Source: Spironucleus salmonicida
Lineage: Eukaryota
Length of the DNA: 64,000 nt
Assembly: GCF_000497125.1 (NCBI RefSeq)
Contig: NC_090600.1
Location: forward strand, 682,001 to 746,000
Direction of reading: 5' to 3'
This document shows positions 1-12,806 of the stretch, one piece after another (the first letter of the stretch is position 1; each line of letters begins with the position of its first letter). The notes beneath the pieces are model-generated. The model saw only the letters and a program-made list of their open reading frames with translations. It was not told where the DNA came from and did not search any database. Both the position numbers and the translations under genes were made by a program.

Positions 1-1915
1 CTTTCGCGGAGTGCAGCATAGCTAGAGTTCGGCATTGCCGGTATATTGCTCGTAAGTGTACTAGAGTTGACTAGGGTTACTAAAGATCAGGATTTTGTCA
101 GCGATACTGTCAGTATATAAGCAGTAAGGCTACATATACGCGGAACAGTGTATACAGCCATAGGCCTAACCAGTTATAGACCTATTTCAGCTGTTACATC
201 CATCTTTAAAACATGTATCGCTTAATTCAAGATCAAGGTGAGTGGATGGTTACTATTAAATTGAAAGAATTCTATTAATTTATCAGGGGCTTAGGATAAA
301 CAACACAGGAATGCATATTTATGATTCAACAATTTTAGGAAACGGAGGAATACACCCATAAACCCTCATTACTTTGAAATAAATTAAAATTTCACCCCTT
401 CCTATTGTAAATGCATCCTGCTAGCTAAAATTTTACATTAAGCGTAAACATCAAAATATTTTAAACTTACTAAAAAGTCAACACTAATATGTGTTTTAGA
501 AGAAACTGCATTATTGGATAACTTAGCACCTAGTATAAATAGATAGGATATATCGAGACATATCACAAACAATATTGCAGAATCACTTATTAAAATGTAC
601 TTTAAGCCTACATTGGAAGTGAATATTATGCATATATGCAACTCATGTTTTTATAGGTTATGATTGCCCAGGTTATTTAGCATTAGAGTTTAACTTCTTG
701 AGTTCTTCTCCCTAATACAACAGTAATATTTGCTCTATATTCTTGCACGTACTAATAACATATGATATTAACTGTTTATAAAAATTAGTATAAATACAAT
801 AGATCTAGTTTAAAAAAATGGTAATTATTCTCATAAAATTAAGGATATCGTTGGGAAAATAGGTATAGCTCTTACAGTTAAGTTACTATATCAAGAACAC
901 AATAAATATGAAGTATAAGACGGTATAAACATTAATTCAAGCATAGTTTACTTGACAAGTTATTATGAAAATATTATAGGTTTTATTTTAATGAGTTTAA
1001 TCAAAAATATAAATTATTATTTTGTTTTTACTATTAATCATTATTTTATTAATTATTTCCTAAAACTTTTATATATTTATAAAATGAGCTGCGACTAGGA
1101 TGATGATATTATCATTAACCCAATATTTTAGTAACTCGACGAAAAGGGGATGACACGACTAGGTGCTGATAAGGTTTAAGGGATTATATAATTTAATTAT
1201 AAACTTCTTAGTACTGTAGACTAAAAAGAATTATAATAGATCCACCTCACTGAGTTTAACAAGGAATAAGGCAAGTAAATAAAAACCAGGACAATGTTAC
1301 TAAAACTTTAAGAGAGCAGTCGAGCGTATCCTCCTAAACGCTCAGGCTTTACTCATGTCGAAACAACTATACCAACTGAGGCTAGTAGTCCACGAAAAAT
1401 GATTTCGAATCGTGCATCATCCAACATTCTTAGGAAAAATCCAATAATTAGGAATACATTGAAACCTTAGGCTTTTAGCTTTATCAAATATATTTCATTA
1501 GAATGATTAATATATTTAAGAGATCCTAAGCTTTATTTGTTGGTATAAATAGTGAACATGTATATATCTAATACTTATATATTTTTAGACAAGATTAATC
1601 ACCTCAAATCAATCCACTAACGAATTTATTTATCTTTGCACCAACATGACCTGCTTTAATAGCACCACCTTCGTCGTATTTTTATTCATTGAGTTCGAAC
1701 TTTCTGAATAAAGTGTTAACTATGTCAAATTTCGATCCACCGTTAAATAACTCTGACGCGCAATCTTAAACACAATAAAATCCTTCCTACCCTAACAGCT
1801 CTTCAATCAACATATTATCTACATTTACTTTCTATTCACCTTCTATTGTCACTTTTCCTCTTTGGAAAATTATTTTTTCTACTATTTCATATGTGGGTTC
1901 ACCATAGCAGATAAA
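1..1915. repeat. Left arm of inverted repeat 1 (may extend beyond the window start)
   Basis: Position n pairs with 4289-n, e.g. 1 ctttcgcggagtgc vs gcactccgcgaaag ending 4288, and mirrored ORFs 438..641/3648..3851. Complementarity stops at 1915/2374. Confidence 0.95.
1084..1506 (+). CDS. Hypothetical protein, 140 aa (MSCDQDDDIIINPIFQQLDEKG...YISLE)
   Basis: ATG after an AT-rich leader, open to TGA in code 6 with several in-frame TAA/TAG. No recognisable domain. Confidence 0.6.
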
Positions 1916-2287
1916 ACCTTCACAGCTAACTAACATTTTATGAATAATCTCAGTATTTTTCAAGAAAATACAATTATTATCCTTTAAACCTAGAAGTGTT
2001 AACAACTAAGCTATTTTTGGCGGCATTCCAGTAACTGCACCTACACGGGCGGCAAGTATACATTTCGATGAAATTTATGTAGTGTCGATATTAGCTAAGC
2101 GTTCTCTAGCAAGTCTTTCATGTTATTTTCCACAAAGATAATGTGCAGTTACAGAGTGAGGACGTATAATTCGAACAGTATCCAAAGCCTTTTACTTACG
2201 TGCATTCTTTGAAGGATTTAAGATACGAGGCTTAAGAGATGTAATAGACTGTCTATGTTATTTTAAAATTATTTCTGGGTTTGACAT
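1604..2287 (-). CDS. uL30 / ribosomal protein L7-like protein (divergent; possibly Rlp7/RPL7L1-type), 227 aa
   Basis: Code-6 translation CILAARVGAVTGMPPKIAQLLTLLGLK..FICYGEPTYEIVEKIIFQRGKV..DNMLIEELLGQEGFYCVQDCASELFNGGSKFDIVN aligns by eye with the eukaryotic L7 core (VIRIRG..PK..LQLLRL..YIAWGYP..LIYKRG..DN.LI...LG..GI.C.EDL.HEI...G..F...N). Confidence 0.8.
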
Positions 2288-2373
2288 TATAGAGAAGTGA
2301 AAAACAGAAAGGTGATGATTACTTAATTATATATTAAAATATATTTATAATGAATTCAGATTTATAAAATGTA

Positions 2374-2685
2374 TTTATCTGCTATGGTGAACCCACATAT
2401 GAAATAGTAGAAAAAATAATTTTCCAAAGAGGAAAAGTGACAATAGAAGGTGAATAGAAAGTAAATGTAGATAATATGTTGATTGAAGAGCTGTTAGGGT
2501 AGGAAGGATTTTATTGTGTTTAAGATTGCGCGTCAGAGTTATTTAACGGTGGATCGAAATTTGACATAGTTAACACTTTATTCAGAAAGTTCGAACTCAA
2601 TGAATAAAAATACGACGAAGGTGGTGCTATTAAAGCAGGTCATGTTGGTGCAAAGATAAATAAATTCGTTAGTGGATTGATTTGA
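2374..2685 (+). pseudogene. 5'-truncated copy of the L7-like gene created by inverted repeat 1
   Basis: Contains only the 3' 312 nt (FICYGEP... to TGA). The nearest upstream ATG (2369) is out of frame. Confidence 0.8.
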
Positions 2686-2782
2686 GGTGATTAATCTTGT
2701 CTAAAAATATATAAGTATTAGATATATACATGTTCACTATTTATACCAACAAATAAAGCTTAGGATCTCTTAAATATATTAA

Positions 2783-3205
2783 TCATTCTAATGAAATATA
2801 TTTGATAAAGCTAAAAGCCTAAGGTTTCAATGTATTCCTAATTATTGGATTTTTCCTAAGAATGTTGGATGATGCACGATTCGAAATCATTTTTCGTGGA
2901 CTACTAGCCTCAGTTGGTATAGTTGTTTCGACATGAGTAAAGCCTGAGCGTTTAGGAGGATACGCTCGACTGCTCTCTTAAAGTTTTAGTAACATTGTCC
3001 TGGTTTTTATTTACTTGCCTTATTCCTTGTTAAACTCAGTGAGGTGGATCTATTATAATTCTTTTTAGTCTACAGTACTAAGAAGTTTATAATTAAATTA
3101 TATAATCCCTTAAACCTTATCAGCACCTAGTCGTGTCATCCCCTTTTCGTCGAGTTACTAAAATATTGGGTTAATGATAATATCATCATCCTAGTCGCAG
3201 CTCAT
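2783..3205 (-). CDS. Hypothetical protein, 140 aa (mirror copy of 1084..1506)
   Basis: Reverse-complement copy in the right arm of IR1. Confidence 0.6.
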
Positions 3206-5631
3206 TTTATAAATATATAAAAGTTTTAGGAAATAATTAATAAAATAATGATTAATAGTAAAAACAAAATAATAATTTATATTTTTGATTAAACTCATTA
3301 AAATAAAACCTATAATATTTTCATAATAACTTGTCAAGTAAACTATGCTTGAATTAATGTTTATACCGTCTTATACTTCATATTTATTGTGTTCTTGATA
3401 TAGTAACTTAACTGTAAGAGCTATACCTATTTTCCCAACGATATCCTTAATTTTATGAGAATAATTACCATTTTTTTAAACTAGATCTATTGTATTTATA
3501 CTAATTTTTATAAACAGTTAATATCATATGTTATTAGTACGTGCAAGAATATAGAGCAAATATTACTGTTGTATTAGGGAGAAGAACTCAAGAAGTTAAA
3601 CTCTAATGCTAAATAACCTGGGCAATCATAACCTATAAAAACATGAGTTGCATATATGCATAATATTCACTTCCAATGTAGGCTTAAAGTACATTTTAAT
3701 AAGTGATTCTGCAATATTGTTTGTGATATGTCTCGATATATCCTATCTATTTATACTAGGTGCTAAGTTATCCAATAATGCAGTTTCTTCTAAAACACAT
3801 ATTAGTGTTGACTTTTTAGTAAGTTTAAAATATTTTGATGTTTACGCTTAATGTAAAATTTTAGCTAGCAGGATGCATTTACAATAGGAAGGGGTGAAAT
3901 TTTAATTTATTTCAAAGTAATGAGGGTTTATGGGTGTATTCCTCCGTTTCCTAAAATTGTTGAATCATAAATATGCATTCCTGTGTTGTTTATCCTAAGC
4001 CCCTGATAAATTAATAGAATTCTTTCAATTTAATAGTAACCATCCACTCACCTTGATCTTGAATTAAGCGATACATGTTTTAAAGATGGATGTAACAGCT
4101 GAAATAGGTCTATAACTGGTTAGGCCTATGGCTGTATACACTGTTCCGCGTATATGTAGCCTTACTGCTTATATACTGACAGTATCGCTGACAAAATCCT
4201 GATCTTTAGTAACCCTAGTCAACTCTAGTACACTTACGAGCAATATACCGGCAATGCCGAACTCTAGCTATGCTGCACTCCGCGAAAGACAACTAACCAA
4301 TACATGTATTATCTGAATTTACGCTGTTTTCTCTTATTCTAATAGTGTAAATATTATCTTCGACGATCAAGGCGTAACACGATATGTATGCATGAAAGAG
4401 TAGATCATAGTCAGCTTCACTAGAAAATTGCAGATTAACAATATACTGAATTACTGTTGTAATGTTTAGGAGCTACACGATAGATTTAGAACTCACTGCC
4501 TTTATATACAGCCAGCTATTTATCCATATCGATTTACTACCAATTATAGGGGCCAATTATAATAGCAGGCCTAATAACCCTAACATGGTTGCCATATTTC
4601 CACATTTCGCCATCTGATACTCAGGATCACAAAAATTATTTGGTTCCAACCCCCATACAAATATCTATCCAGACCCGCAAGAACAATTCAGCACCCTGCT
4701 AGTAGCAGCTATGAGTATATTTATAATATAGGCTATCTTTTCTGAGTTATATTTTGGTAGCTTGTATTTATAACATTAAATATTTCATCTGTACCATTAA
4801 CCTGAAGTTTTATATTGAGGTCATAATGGAAAAATTATGTAGTGGGAAATATTCGATGATAAAAGTAATTCTTGGCGCTCTGAAAAGAAAGTGTGTGTAG
4901 TGCACTACTAGATGGCGCCCTAGGGTATCCGGACTCAATCTAGAGTAAATTATTAAGTTATATTCCCATTATCTTGCCATATTTTAAAAATATTTCCACT
5001 TATACTAGCGTCAACAATGTCTTTTTGAACTTAGGAGAATACTGATCGTATTGCTGCCTAAATCCTACTTGGTACGCTCAAAGTATGAGACATCCATGTC
5101 CCGAAGCAAGAGTGCCAGATACGGCAATAATTCAGGCGCTATACGGAGGCAAACTACTGAAAAAATCCCCCAGGTATCACAGTTCTTTATTTGGTCGAGT
5201 AACATAGGCAACCATTCGCTATTATAAGAGTCTGCTTGACCTGTGCAGGTTCTATCAGAAGATACAGTAACCTTTGTATGGCGACGCCGTAGCTATGCAA
5301 CAATGCTGTGCTGATACGGTTGGTTATAAATGCGCTCAAGCGTAGCCGTTTTCAAATTACATTCAGATGCAAAAGCTGCTAGGCCGTAAACAGTATCTCT
5401 CAGGAGTAAGTAAGTTGAAGTTCTACTCTAGCAGTACATATAGAGATGACCAGGCATGTTAGATGGTACCATGAAACAACCAATCCGAACTCCAAACGCT
5501 CATGCGGATACAGGACAGAGTATCGAATTTAGCACCCTTAATATGTAATTAGATATCAAAGTATACGTATACTTTGTTTTAGGGCACCCACAGTATGATA
5601 ATTATTATAATATAAATCTTCCGCTCTCTAA

Positions 5632-6153
5632 ATGTCCTTCTTTGAGAGCTTTGTGTTCGATCGGGACCTCGTAGAAAAGAGCCCGGTCATAGAAATCCAG
5701 ATGCCCACCATAACAATGGACAAATCTGACATGCTCTTGCAGCCGTACAGCGAGAACAAGATTTTCTTCGACGCGAAAACGTTCACCTTCCGGACCTAGG
5801 CGAACACAATCTACCCGTGGTGCCCGATCTAGAACTACCTGCTCCGGGTTCTGGTGGAGCACTTCAACTGCACCAACTGGGCACAGGTCGCCAGCCTCAT
5901 CAACCGGCAGTGCCCATCCGCGCAGCAGCTGAGCCCGAAGCAATGCCACCAGCGCTGGCACAGAGTCTGCCGCCCGGGACTGATCAAGGGGAAATGGAGC
6001 GTAGAGGAGGACCTGCGCCTGTACGAGTTGCTGCAGAAGCACCCTAGCAAGCGCGATTTCAAGCGAGTGGTGCAGGCGCTCGCCGGCCGCAGCGATACGC
6101 AGATCCACTACCGCATCCGGAAGCTCTACCCGCAGTACTTTAACCTGCAGTGA
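5632..6153 (+). CDS. R2R3 Myb-like DNA-binding protein, 173 aa
   Basis: ATG 5632 is in frame with track ORF 5854..6153 through two TAG (Gln). Myb repeats WCPIQNYLLRVLVEHFNCTNWAQVA..KQCHQRWHRVCRPGLIKGKWSVEEDLRL..GRSDTQIHYRI. Ends cAGTGA. Confidence 0.9.
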
Positions 6154-7387
6154 GAGTTGGCCGGTGCGGAATTTGCGATTGGAGGCGAAGTACCGCGGCA
6201 AGATGGACGATTCTGAAGCCTGCGCGGCGACCAATTCGGCTCTCTTTGCTCGTGGTCATAGTGACTCGCCGATAAAATTCAGATCGGGCCAGTTCCGGCG
6301 CGGGAAAATAGCACATGCATGTCTGGGAAACCGTGCAATGGATACATTTTCATATTAGTATACATTTTTCAATATATTTAGTAAAATAATATATAACTTA
6401 TAGTGATATTAAATTAAGCTTAAATAAATTATATTACTATATTTATATAATTTTAGCGACGAAAAATAATACACAATCAAAATATTTCAAATATCGCAAC
6501 TAGATCAATAATTTGCCCATCCCCACCTTTAATTTTGCAGTAATTATCTTCACAAGTACATAAGAGACCGCATTGAGAGTCCTCATTGATACGTATTACC
6601 TTATAGAAGTAAGAATATTTCCAATGCGATGTCTACAAACAAGTACAGAAAGATTAAAAGATAACTAAATTTACCAATAAACAGAAATTATCATCCATGG
6701 AAGTTAGAATAATCTTGAATTATACTTCAAATACGACCCATTAAAGTTTTAAGAATTTAATTATTTTTACAAAATGAGGACAGAGATCTCATATATTATT
6801 TGTCAATTTTATTTATGTTACGAGGAAAAAATCTACTTTAATAAGTAAAACTTAAATCTAATTTTATCGTTGCTAATACCGAAAATCTAATTCTAAATAA
6901 TAAAATGTGAGAAGTTTCACTTGCTAATTTACATTAAGATGCAAAGAGCATTTAATATATTAAAAATATACACACTTGTTTGTACGCATCAATTTGTTCT
7001 AAGTATTTTTTCTATATAAGCTTATCGGTGAAATTTAGCTAAATTGTGGAAAGGGGAATTCGTTCAAAATTGAATTTGAATAAATAGATCAGTAGCTTAG
7101 CTCGAAACTCTGATTAAGTAGAGTATTAAAATTAATGAAATTCCTGATATATTTGATTTGAAATACAACTATTAATTTGTAGATATTTTACTAGTTATGC
7201 AGATTTATTTTAAGTAATGTTTAAACTAACGTTTTGATTAGAAAATCAGTTAATTTTTAAAATATTAAAGAAAGGTAACTGCATTTGATAGTTTAGTTGA
7301 AGTATTACTACGTTATGGTAGTAATAATTATGAAATTGATAAATGTAAGTAAATGTGCTATATATCGTGGTACAAATATAGTAAAAA

Positions 7388-7684
7388 TCATTCTAGTTTA
7401 AAATCATCAGAAACACCAGTGAAGTTGTCTTTTGAACTAAGCTCACATTAACTTTCCAATTAATTATCCATAGACCATTCTTAGTCATCGTATTCTGCTA
7501 TGGTGTTTATATAAGGAAGTTTACTAAATAAACTCCGTTGGTACTGCTTGTTAAGACCAATATTAAATGGAGATTATAATCTGAGCTTACTAGAAGTAGA
7601 TTTGCAAACATGTTCAATTATTATAATTTCTTCTTAAGATGATGCAACATCTAAAGTCATGCTAGTAAATGAAAAATTATTCAT
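7388..7684 (-). CDS. Hypothetical protein, 98 aa (MNNFSFTSMTLDVASSQEEII...DDFKLE)
   Basis: ATG after an AT-rich leader, open to TGA in code 6. No domain recognised. Confidence 0.45.
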
Positions 7685-10420
7685 TTTTAATTTAAAATAG
7701 TATATATTTAATATAATTAAAAATATTATAATTACATAATCAAAAATTTAATATTTTTATTCATATAATAATAGTTTTATAAAAATTAGATATTATATAC
7801 TTGTTGACTGATTAATTTTATTAAACGTTTGCTTGATGCGTTACAAGATAAGTTCATTAAGAAGTTTACATTTAAATACGAGTTTGTGAAATTAATTTTA
7901 GTATTAAATTATTATTATTCATAAAATATTGAGTAGTTATGGTTTTACAAATTCCAATATTTTTGTGCCTTTATCTTTATCTTGGATATTTATACTATTA
8001 AATTTAAGTATTACATATTGGTAAGATTTGTTACGAGTAATATACCAGCACTATAGTTTTATAAAAATATTTTATCAGCGTATTATAAATAAATAGAAAT
8101 TAGACAAATATTTTTATATTTTATTATACTCATTTTCAGTATATAATTTTAATATATATTCTGTATTTATGACTCAGCTGGGTTATACTTATAAATATAA
8201 TCTCCTTTCACAAAATTCTAACATTTCATTATTTTTCTTTTATTTTAACAGTTATATAATCTAAATTCAATTTACATATATATGTTTACTATATAAATAA
8301 TATATCCATGCTGTACTTAAAGTTATTAAAGTAAAATTGAAATCAATATACTAAAATTTATTATAAGGGAAAATAAGAATATACCTGACCCTACAATAAT
8401 ATAGTCTCAAAAATAAACCTATAAGAGCAATATTTACTAATAATTATTTTCAATATTAATGTTCTTATATTAAAAAAAATTATAGTTAGAAAGTTTAACA
8501 ATATAATAATTTAATACTTTGTTTGAAAGAAGATATCATAACATCTCCATGTAGTGGGTTAACCATTATCAGCCTAAGCATATTTTTAGAAAAAAATTAT
8601 AGTAGATATACCTGATAGTAGTTAATTTTAGGCTTTTGAATATTCTATTATAGGGGAAACAAATATTCTCATTCTTAATTTTCTTCTTTATCTCTGACAT
8701 TTTATGCTATTTATTTTACTTACGTTTTATCTTTTTACGACATAACCTACAATGTTTCAACTTAACTTAGCATTTACTGCATAATGTATATAAACTGACA
8801 TCAGAAGTATTCATATTAGTTTTTTTGCATTAGAAATATGTTCCTATTATATAGGGAAAGTGTCATGAATTTATGAGTACTTTTATATAGGCAAATTATA
8901 TATAAGACTAACCATTAATTTACCCAAGTATTATCTCAGACATATGTTAAATTCTATTCTAATTTTACAAGAACAAAAAACTGGTCACAAGACAAAGATA
9001 CAAAAGATAGAAAAATAAATTAGTGGACCAAAAACTTACCTTGTGATTCCATTAAATGATTTAAAATATTTGTCACACTACTCAACCCCTCTGATATTTT
9101 GTTAATAGGTATTTATTGTCTCAGGTCATAGCTCAGAGTAATAATTTTCATCAGCATCTTAATGAATAGGAGAACATTACTTGGTATGGCGAACATGTAC
9201 AACTTTGGTCTTTCCATTCTGTGACTCAAAAATGGTAATAATTTACTCATCTATATTAGACCAATTTTGAGTAATCTTATAAATATGTAAACTTTTATCC
9301 ATTGGATCTTATAGTTACAATTACTCTTCTTTTATGTAATATGTAAATTATACTGATTCAAATGAAGTGAAATAGTTATGTACACTTAATATTTTGAATT
9401 AATCCTTAATATAGCTTAGAAATATGTTGAATATATATATTATAACTAATTATTCAACTATTTTTTGTAAAATTGCACTATATGACAATATCCTGTAAAT
9501 AAATCACCACAAAGTCTAAATAGTAAAGTTCGTCGGCAATATTTAGATGATATGTATCTTTTATGTTTACATACTATCTTATACCCACTTCTTGATCATA
9601 AATTCATATTTTCACCGTTCTCCACAAATATTGTTGAACTCTATTTACGAAGCTTTAAACGGAATCATTATATACGGCATACATGCCTGTTTTTTATCTG
9701 TGTTTTCACGCTTCTAACTACTCATTTTAATGTTCTCTAGAAGTATTTTCATCCTCAATTAATTCTTATATCTATTATTATGCATTCTCATTCTAGTATA
9801 TCTCATTTTATGATATAAGATTTAATCTTAGTTCTTCTTTAGGCAGCTTCTCAACCGTAAACTTATTAAAGAATTTTAAGCAAGATAATGTTCACAAGAA
9901 TAAATCCCTGGATAGGAATTATTTTAGACCCTAATGTTGATATCCTGTATCTTTAATAATATAATCATCTAATCTAGGTCTGGGTGATCTATTCATAATA
10001 ATAATTTAAATAATAAACTATTTGACCTCATCTATCGTAACTCTTTGATCAAAGTATTAAAAAAAGTATTTCATAGGGTTATTAGTTGATTTTAAAACTG
10101 AGGACTATAAGTATTCAATAAAAAATTAAAATTGAGTTTTGAATGGATTTCAAAATTTGGTCCATTTTCAGAATTTGGATGGGTAAATAAATATAAATTA
10201 AATTAAAGAATAATCATTTAATATCAAAATCAAGTAAACTGAAATAATAGAATTATTATTTAATAATATTGTACCCATTTTTTGTTGTCCGACAAAAAAA
10301 GTTCACAATATGCGTTAAAGAGTTAAGTTTTAACACCATCCCTCCTAGCCCCGCTCCGGGAATGCAGCACCCGGCGAAACGGCGATGGGGGCTGCACAAT
10401 GCCGGCAGTGACCAGATTCC

Positions 10421-10885
10421 TCACTTTCCAAGCAGCTTGAGCGAGCGGAGCCGCGTGCGCACCTGGCAGTCGGTACGGCCTAGCACCGCCCCGATCTTCG
10501 CAAATGCATGGGGGTGGGCCGTGAACAGCCGCCCGAGCGCCTCGTCCTCCTCCGGCGTGAAGGGCGCTGTGTTCCGCCGCAGGACCCTCCGGTAGCGCTG
10601 GGACAGCCTGAGCGCCGAGAACGAGGCCCTGGGGAACAGCGCCTCCATCTCGTTGCAGATCCCCTCCCAGGTCCCCCGCTTCTGGCGCCCGAGGCGGAGC
10701 AGCGCCTGGTCGTGGTCCTGCTGGTCCTGCCCCGGAAGGTCCCACGGCGCGCTCACGAGCTGGGGGTCCACGGCCAGCTGCGAGTCGTCCCCGTCTGGTC
10801 TAGGGGCCCATCCCAGATCGCGCATGCGGACTGTCGGGCCGACGAGCTGCGGGGGTCTGGACGGCAGTTTCCGAGCGCCGGACAT
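10421..10885 (-). CDS. Myb-like protein, array copy 1, 154 aa (MSGARKLP...SLKLLGK)
   Basis: Two degenerate Myb repeats (..DQALLRLGRQKRGTWEGIC..RLSQRYRRVL; PFTPEEDEALGRLFTAHPHAFAKIGAVLGRTDCQVRTRL). ATG lies in the AT-rich ttctaaaATG context and the gene ends aAGTGA. Confidence 0.85.
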   Translation of the reverse strand: MSGARKLPSRPPQLVGPTVRMRDLGWAPRPDGDDSQLAVDPQLVSAPWDLPGQDQQDHDQALLRLGRQKRGTWEGICNEMEALFPRASFSALRLSQRYRRVLRRNTAPFTPEEDEALGRLFTAHPHAFAKIGAVLGRTDCQVRTRLRSLKLLGK

Positions 10886-11613
10886 TTTAGAACATGATGG
10901 CTTTAAATCGCGTGCTAAGTGGTATCTGGTACCGCCGATAGAACGAGTCGGGCGCACCTGGGTAATACGGGGTATAATTCGATTTTTCTCCTCGGCCGCT
11001 CCCGTAAAATCGGCCGCGGCTAAACGCCTGGCCTCCAGCGCAGTACGACCAGCCATGGAATGCAGCCACGGCGGGCGGCGTCGGATGACCACTGTACGTG
11101 GGCCGGGGGGCGCGGCCCGAAGAACTGCACAGGAGCGCTAGGCGTGCCGCGGATATGCCGACAGCAGGTCTGGCGAGCGTCGCATTCCGGCGCGGGTCTC
11201 GGGCTGCCCCTACCCTGATGGGCACTGGGGCACGCACCGCGCTGGTGGGACTGCCGGATCCGACTCGCAGCGCGGTGCCTCGTGCCAGACCCGGGGCTGC
11301 GAGCCCAGCACTTTTCAGCGGGGACGCCCGGGCCAGCCGCGGCATCCTGGTACACTGCGACCCCATGGCACCGCGCACCCTGACCCCGCGGGTGCTGGGG
11401 CATGCTCCCGCCACTCCCATTTTTAGAATGGAGCCGAATGGGGCCTATGGCGCCGGACCAGCGCGGCAGGTGACGCCATGATGCCGAGGAGCACTGTCTG
11501 GCGGGCTGCTGTCATGGTTCCCTGGCGACCGGCCTCCCCAGCCCCGCTCCGGGAATGCAGCACCCGGCGAAACGGCGATGGGGGCTGCACAATGCCGGCA
11601 GTGACCAGATTCC

Positions 11614-12078
11614 TCACTTTCCAAGCAGCTTGAGCGAGCGGAGCCGCGTGCGCACCTGGCAGTCGGTACGGCCTAGCACCGCCCCGATCTTCGCAAATGC
11701 ATGGGGGTGGGCCGTGAACAGCCGCCCGAGCGCCTCGTCCTCCTCCGGCGTGAAGGGCGCTGTGTTCCGCCGCAGGACCCTCCGGTAGCGCTGGGACAGC
11801 CTGAGCGCCGAGAACGAGGCCCTGGGGAACAGCGCCTCCATCTCGTTGCAGATCCCCTCCCAGGTCCCCCGCTTCTGGCGCCCGAGGCGGAGCAGCGCCT
11901 GGTCGTGGTCCTGCTGGTCCTGCCCCGGAAGGTCCCACGGCGCGCTCACGAGCTGGGGGTCCACGGCCAGCTGCGAGTCGTCCCCGTCTGGTCTAGGGGC
12001 CCATCCCAGATCGCGCATGCGGACTGTCGGGCCGACGAGCTGCGGGGGTCTGGACGGCAGTTTCCGAGCGCCGGACAT
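11614..12078 (-). CDS. Myb-like protein, array copy 2
   Basis: Protein identical to copy 1. Confidence 0.85.
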   Translation of the reverse strand: MSGARKLPSRPPQLVGPTVRMRDLGWAPRPDGDDSQLAVDPQLVSAPWDLPGQDQQDHDQALLRLGRQKRGTWEGICNEMEALFPRASFSALRLSQRYRRVLRRNTAPFTPEEDEALGRLFTAHPHAFAKIGAVLGRTDCQVRTRLRSLKLLGK

Positions 12079-12806
12079 TTTAGAACATGATGGCTTTAAA
12101 TCGCGTGCTAAGTGGTATCTGGTACCGCCGATAGAACGAGTCGGGCGCACCTGGGTAATACGGGGTATAATTCGATTTTTCTCCTCGGCCGCTCCCGTAA
12201 AATCGGCCGCGGCTAAACGCCTGGCCTCCAGCGCAGTACGACCAGCCATGGAATGCAGCCACGGCGGGCGGCGTCGGATGACCACTGTACGTGGGCCGGG
12301 GGGCGCGGCCCGAAGAACTGCACAGGAGCGCTAGGCGTGCCGCGGATATGCCGACAGCAGGTCTGGCGAGCGTCGCATTCCGGCGCGGGTCTCGGGCTGC
12401 CCCTACCCTGATGGGCACTGGGGCACGCACCGCGCTGGTGGGACTGCCGGATCCGACTCGCAGCGCGGTGCCTCGTGCCAGACCCGGGGCTGCGAGCCCA
12501 GCACTTTTCAGCGGGGACGCCCGGGCCAGCCGCGGCATCCTGGTACACTGCGACCCCATGGCACCGCGCACCCTGACCCCGCGGGTGCTGGGGCATGCTC
12601 CCGCCACTCCCATTTTTAGAATGGAGCCGAATGGGGCCTATGGCGCCGGACCAGCGCGGCAGGTGACGCCATGATGCCGAGGAGCACTGTCTGGCGGGCT
12701 GCTGTCATGGTTCCCTGGCGACCGGCCTCCCCAGCCCCGCTCCGGGAATGCAGCACCCGGCGAAACGGCGATGGGGGCTGCACAATGCCGGCAGTGACCA
12801 GATTCC

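Larger units (their letters stand above)
2374..4288. repeat. Right arm of inverted repeat 1 (outer end unknown because the partner runs off the window)
   Basis: Reverse complement of 1-1915, with a 458-bp unique spacer at 1916-2373. Confidence 0.95.

Noticed and set aside
438-641. 67-aa track ORF and its mirror 3648..3851
   Set aside because: Non-ATG start, ends at TAA, no protein-like features.
7700-10260. Possible genes in AT-rich DNA (also 3300-5600, 6400-7300, 36900-38400 and 52260-54300)
   Set aside because: With a single stop codon, 100-aa open frames arise by chance. The frames I read had no motifs or convincing start/stop context, though degraded genes cannot be excluded.
10886-11092. 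N-terminal extension giving the 223-aa Myb ORF
   Set aside because: It starts at GTG, and copy 16 has different sequence there. The ATG at 10885 has the AT-rich start context shared by all copies.
11510-11590. HDV-like or hammerhead ribozyme in the linker
   Set aside because: I could not build the nested pseudoknot, and the nearest hammerhead-like core elsewhere in the linker (about 11215) reads CTGATGG rather than CTGATGA.
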